A stretch of DNA of 63,161 bases, from NCBI GenBank assembly GCA_011372855.1, contig DSAE01000177.1:1-63161 (forward strand). Direction: 5' to 3'. Shown one piece after another: positions 60,624 to 63,161 of this stretch (within the stretch, counting starts at the first letter, position 1; every line of letters begins with the position of its first letter). Origin of the DNA: Desulfobacteraceae bacterium. GTDB lineage: Bacteria; Desulfobacterota; Desulfobulbia; Desulfobulbales; Desulfobulbaceae. The notes under the pieces were generated by a model. It saw only the letters and a list, made by a program, of their open reading frames with translations. It was not told where the DNA came from and did no database searches. The position numbers and the translations under genes were made by a program.

Positions 60624-61838
60624 TCAGAGCCGAATCCACAGAGTCAGGATCAGCAACGAAGCCAGAGTGACCGGGATACCTATGGCTGCGTGGTCCCTGA
60701 AGGCAATCCGTATGCCCGCCGCCGATGCCTGTTCGACGACGATCAGGTTGGCGATGCTGCCCAGCAGAAACAGGTTGCCGGCAAAGGTGCTGGCCAGGGC
60801 CAGGGTATACCACTCGGCCGGGTTGTCAGGGGAGAGGAAGGGGAGCAGGAGCATGACGGCCGGGACATTGCTGAAGATATTGCTCAGGATCGTCGCGGTC
60901 CAGGTCAGTACCGTGAGGCTGTGCAGGTCAAATCCCTTTCCGGCCAATTGAGCGGCCAGGTTATGGAATCCCTGGTGCTGCAGCAGGCCGTTGATGAGAA
61001 TGAAAAGGGCGCAGAACAGGGTAATGAGGTGCCAGTCCACCAGGCCGAGAATGTCACGGGTTTTCTGTTTGCGGCTGCACAGCAGGAGGCCGGCGATGCT
61101 GATGGCGGCCACTTCCCGGGGCAGGGGGGTAAAGAACAGGGCAATGAGGACAATTATGGCCACGATTCCCTTGCATGTCTGCCAGGGATTGAAGGCCGGC
61201 CAATCCCCGGCGGGCACCTCCTGACCGGCCGGCGGCGTGAGGGACATTTTGTTGCGGTACCCCCAGCAGATGATGATATAGCCGGCCAGCAGCGCCATGG
61301 CCGATGGGGGGCCGGACCACAGGAGGAAGCCGCCGAAGTCCAGTTGGCCCACCTGGCCGATGAGCATGTTCTGGGGATTGCCGATGATCGTGGCCGCCGA
61401 ACCGATATTGCTTGCCACCGCCAGGCCGAGGAGAAAAGGCAGGGGGTTGAGGCGGGCCTGGAGCAGTGATGCCGCCAGGACCGGGGTAAAGGCGAAACAG
61501 ACAATATCGTTTGCCAGTAAGGCGGACAGGAAGGCGCTCAGGACCATGCAGGTCAGCAGGAAGAGCTTGGGGCGGGTCATCAGGGCCAGAATTCCGGACG
61601 CGGACCAGGTGTAAAACCCGCCCAGGCGCAACTGGGCGGAAATAATCATCAGGGAGTAGAGCAGGAGGAGAGTTGACAGGTCAATGGCATGAAAAGCGGC
61701 TTCCGGGGTCAGGACTCCGAATCCCACCATGGCAATGGCCCCGAGCAGGGCAATGCCCGTCCTGTCCAATCCGGCTCCGGGTATTTTGCCCAGAGCGATG
61801 CCGACATAGGTGAGGGTGAAAATAACGGCGGCGATCAT
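60624..61838 (-). CDS. ArsB/NhaD-superfamily anion permease (YbiR-like)
   Basis: About 11 TM segments; LANDIVCFAFTP and IGSAATIIGNPQNMLI motifs. Start set at ATG 61838 because a terminator hairpin occupies the longer TTG-initiated N-terminus. Confidence 0.75.
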   Translation of the reverse strand: MIAAVIFTLTYVGIALGKIPGAGLDRTGIALLGAIAMVGFGVLTPEAAFHAIDLSTLLLLYSLMIISAQLRLGGFYTWSASGILALMTRPKLFLLTCMVLSAFLSALLANDIVCFAFTPVLAASLLQARLNPLPFLLGLAVASNIGSAATIIGNPQNMLIGQVGQLDFGGFLLWSGPPSAMALLAGYIIICWGYRNKMSLTPPAGQEVPAGDWPAFNPWQTCKGIVAIIVLIALFFTPLPREVAAISIAGLLLCSRKQKTRDILGLVDWHLITLFCALFILINGLLQHQGFHNLAAQLAGKGFDLHSLTVLTWTATILSNIFSNVPAVMLLLPFLSPDNPAEWYTLALASTFAGNLFLLGSIANLIVVEQASAAGIRIAFRDHAAIGIPVTLASLLILTLWIRL

Positions 61839-61842
61839 GATT

Positions 61843-61874
61843 GGAAAAGAAAAAAGCCGCTGAAAAAGCGGCTT
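61843..61874 (-). terminator. Intrinsic terminator / attenuator between the marR-like gene and the permease
   Basis: Minus strand reads AAGCCGCT-TTTTC-AGCGGCTT followed by TTTTCTTTTCC. Confidence 0.55.
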
Positions 61875-61932
61875 GGTTTCTGATGCCTTTTTTGCACTGT
61901 TCCTGTGCAAAAAAAGCGTTTTCCCGAGGGGG

Positions 61933-62436
61933 TCAATCCTGTTTTGCCGACTCTTTCTGTTCGAGCTTATCGCAGAGTTGCTTCAGCTCTTCCTGCTCAC
62001 CTTTCGTCAATTTATCCATGACCTGGTCAACGCGCCGGACATGGGTGGGATAAATTTTCTTGATAAGCTTTGCGCCCTCCGGAGTCAGAACAACCTGGAA
62101 GTAACGGCGGTCCTTCATCTCCCGGATCCGCTGGACCAGTTCCCTTTTTTCAAGGTTGTCGATCACCGTGGTGATGTTTCCGGTTGTCTTGAGAATCTGG
62201 GCGGCAAGATCACGCTGGTACATGGGCCCGATCTTGTGCAGGGCCTCGAGAATGCCGAACTGACTGACCGTCAAATTGTTCGCCCCCAGATTTTTGTGCA
62301 CCTCGTTGGAAATGATGTTGGCGCTCCGCAACAGGGCGGTAAACGACATCAACCCCAATGAATCCTTTTTGGTTCGCTTTTGTTGTTTCATTTTTTTTCC
62401 CGAAAATGATGTGTTCGTTTTCTTTCTTTCTCCCAT
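61933..62436 (-). CDS. MarR family transcriptional regulator
   Basis: Winged-helix pattern LTVSQFGILEALHKIGPMYQRDLAAQILKTTGNITTVIDNLEKRELVQR. Start ambiguous: 62436, 62391 or 62349. Confidence 0.8.
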   Translation of the reverse strand: MGERKKTNTSFSGKKMKQQKRTKKDSLGLMSFTALLRSANIISNEVHKNLGANNLTVSQFGILEALHKIGPMYQRDLAAQILKTTGNITTVIDNLEKRELVQRIREMKDRRYFQVVLTPEGAKLIKKIYPTHVRRVDQVMDKLTKGEQEELKQLCDKLEQKESAKQD

Positions 62437-62699
62437 TTGGTTTTACCAAATATCTTTTTGTTCGATTTCAAATTAATAACAAAGGGATATTTGTCAATGG
62501 CAAATGATAATTTTTCTCGATAATGGAAAGCATCGGATCTGTTTGCAGTAATGGCTATTTAGTGTCCATCCGGAAACTGCAACAGGTTGATATTTTTATA
62601 AAACAACGAAGAATTTGCTATGATTTTCCGGTGCGTCATGATAGGATGTGAGTTCAATATGCTGGTATCATTAGGTAATTTATTTTTGGGACTCTCGTT

Positions 62700-63161
62700 A
62701 TGCGCCGAAAATTTAACCCGCAGCTGAATCTGTTCACGATCATGGCCCGGAACCAAATCGCCCAAGAGCTGCAACAGATATCCCAAGTGCTCGATGCCAC
62801 CCCCCAGGTATTGGAACTGGCATATCAGGACTTGGTGCGCTCAAGCCGTCCGACCACCGGTCGGGAGGGGATGACCGCTGAGCAGGTTTTGCGCTGTGCC
62901 ATCCTGAAGCAGTATCGTCAGCTCACCTACGAGGAACTGGCCTTTCATTTGGAAGATTCAAGTTCCTTTCGAGGTTTCTCCCGTCTGGAGATGGGGCAGT
63001 ATCCCGGTAAGTCGATCCTGCAGCAGAACATCAAAGCCCTGCTGTTGTTTCCAGCAGTAATTCACCGGCAAATCTCAGGATTATTTCGCAGTTGCGCCAG
63101 GCATAATTCCGGGATTATTTTCTCTGAGTGGAATAATTCGAAGAAGTGGGACAAAGCGAGA
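62700..63161 (+). mobile_element. N-terminal part of an IS5-type (DUF772 / InsH N-terminal domain) transposase ORF, running off the window
   Basis: The ATG at 62700 opens MRRKFNPQLNLF...GREGMTAEQVLRCAILKQYRQLTYEELAFHLEDSSSFRGFSRL, the DUF772 pattern. The ORF has no stop before the window edge, so it is absent from the ORF track. Flanking DNA is markedly AT-rich. Confidence 0.6.

Overview
A GC-rich (roughly 58-60% by eye) chromosomal segment. Gene content suggests an anaerobic Desulfobacterota-type (deltaproteobacterial) genome; that taxonomic call is inference only.

Most of the window is housekeeping:
- ispDF, RNase P RNA, an RNase HI-like gene, Nif3 and one tRNA(CAU)
- nadA, acs, alaS and the F1/stalk part of the ATP synthase operon
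- mutS, efp-epmA and an amidase

The stretches most worth a second look are:
1. A 12-gene, same-strand lipid island (32.2-43.8 kb). A private type II FAS set and two CrtI-family flavoproteins sit directly upstream of oleABCD, the head-to-head olefin pathway.
2. A 1415-aa protein with about 900 aa of unassignable N-terminus. It is fused to the ATP-grasp and phosphohistidine swivel domains of pyruvate phosphate dikinase but lacks the PEP/pyruvate barrel. It is divergently paired with a translationally coupled HEAT-repeat / HD-GYP gene pair.
3. A cobalamin riboswitch with its own promoter and intrinsic terminator, controlling a lone, divergent pterin-binding (MeTr/DHPS-like) protein.
4. An in-frame endonuclease III - exonuclease III fusion ORF.
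5. acs followed by a cNMP/CBS/DUF294 nucleotidyltransferase, a DEDDh exonuclease, DUF4212 and a Na+/solute symporter.
6. An AT-rich right edge carrying the N-terminus of an IS5-type transposase.

No CRISPR array, rRNA, prophage or recognisable defence system was seen. Many long ORFs in the track are antisense shadow ORFs typical of GC-rich DNA and were rejected. All family assignments rest on motifs read by eye. No database search was run.
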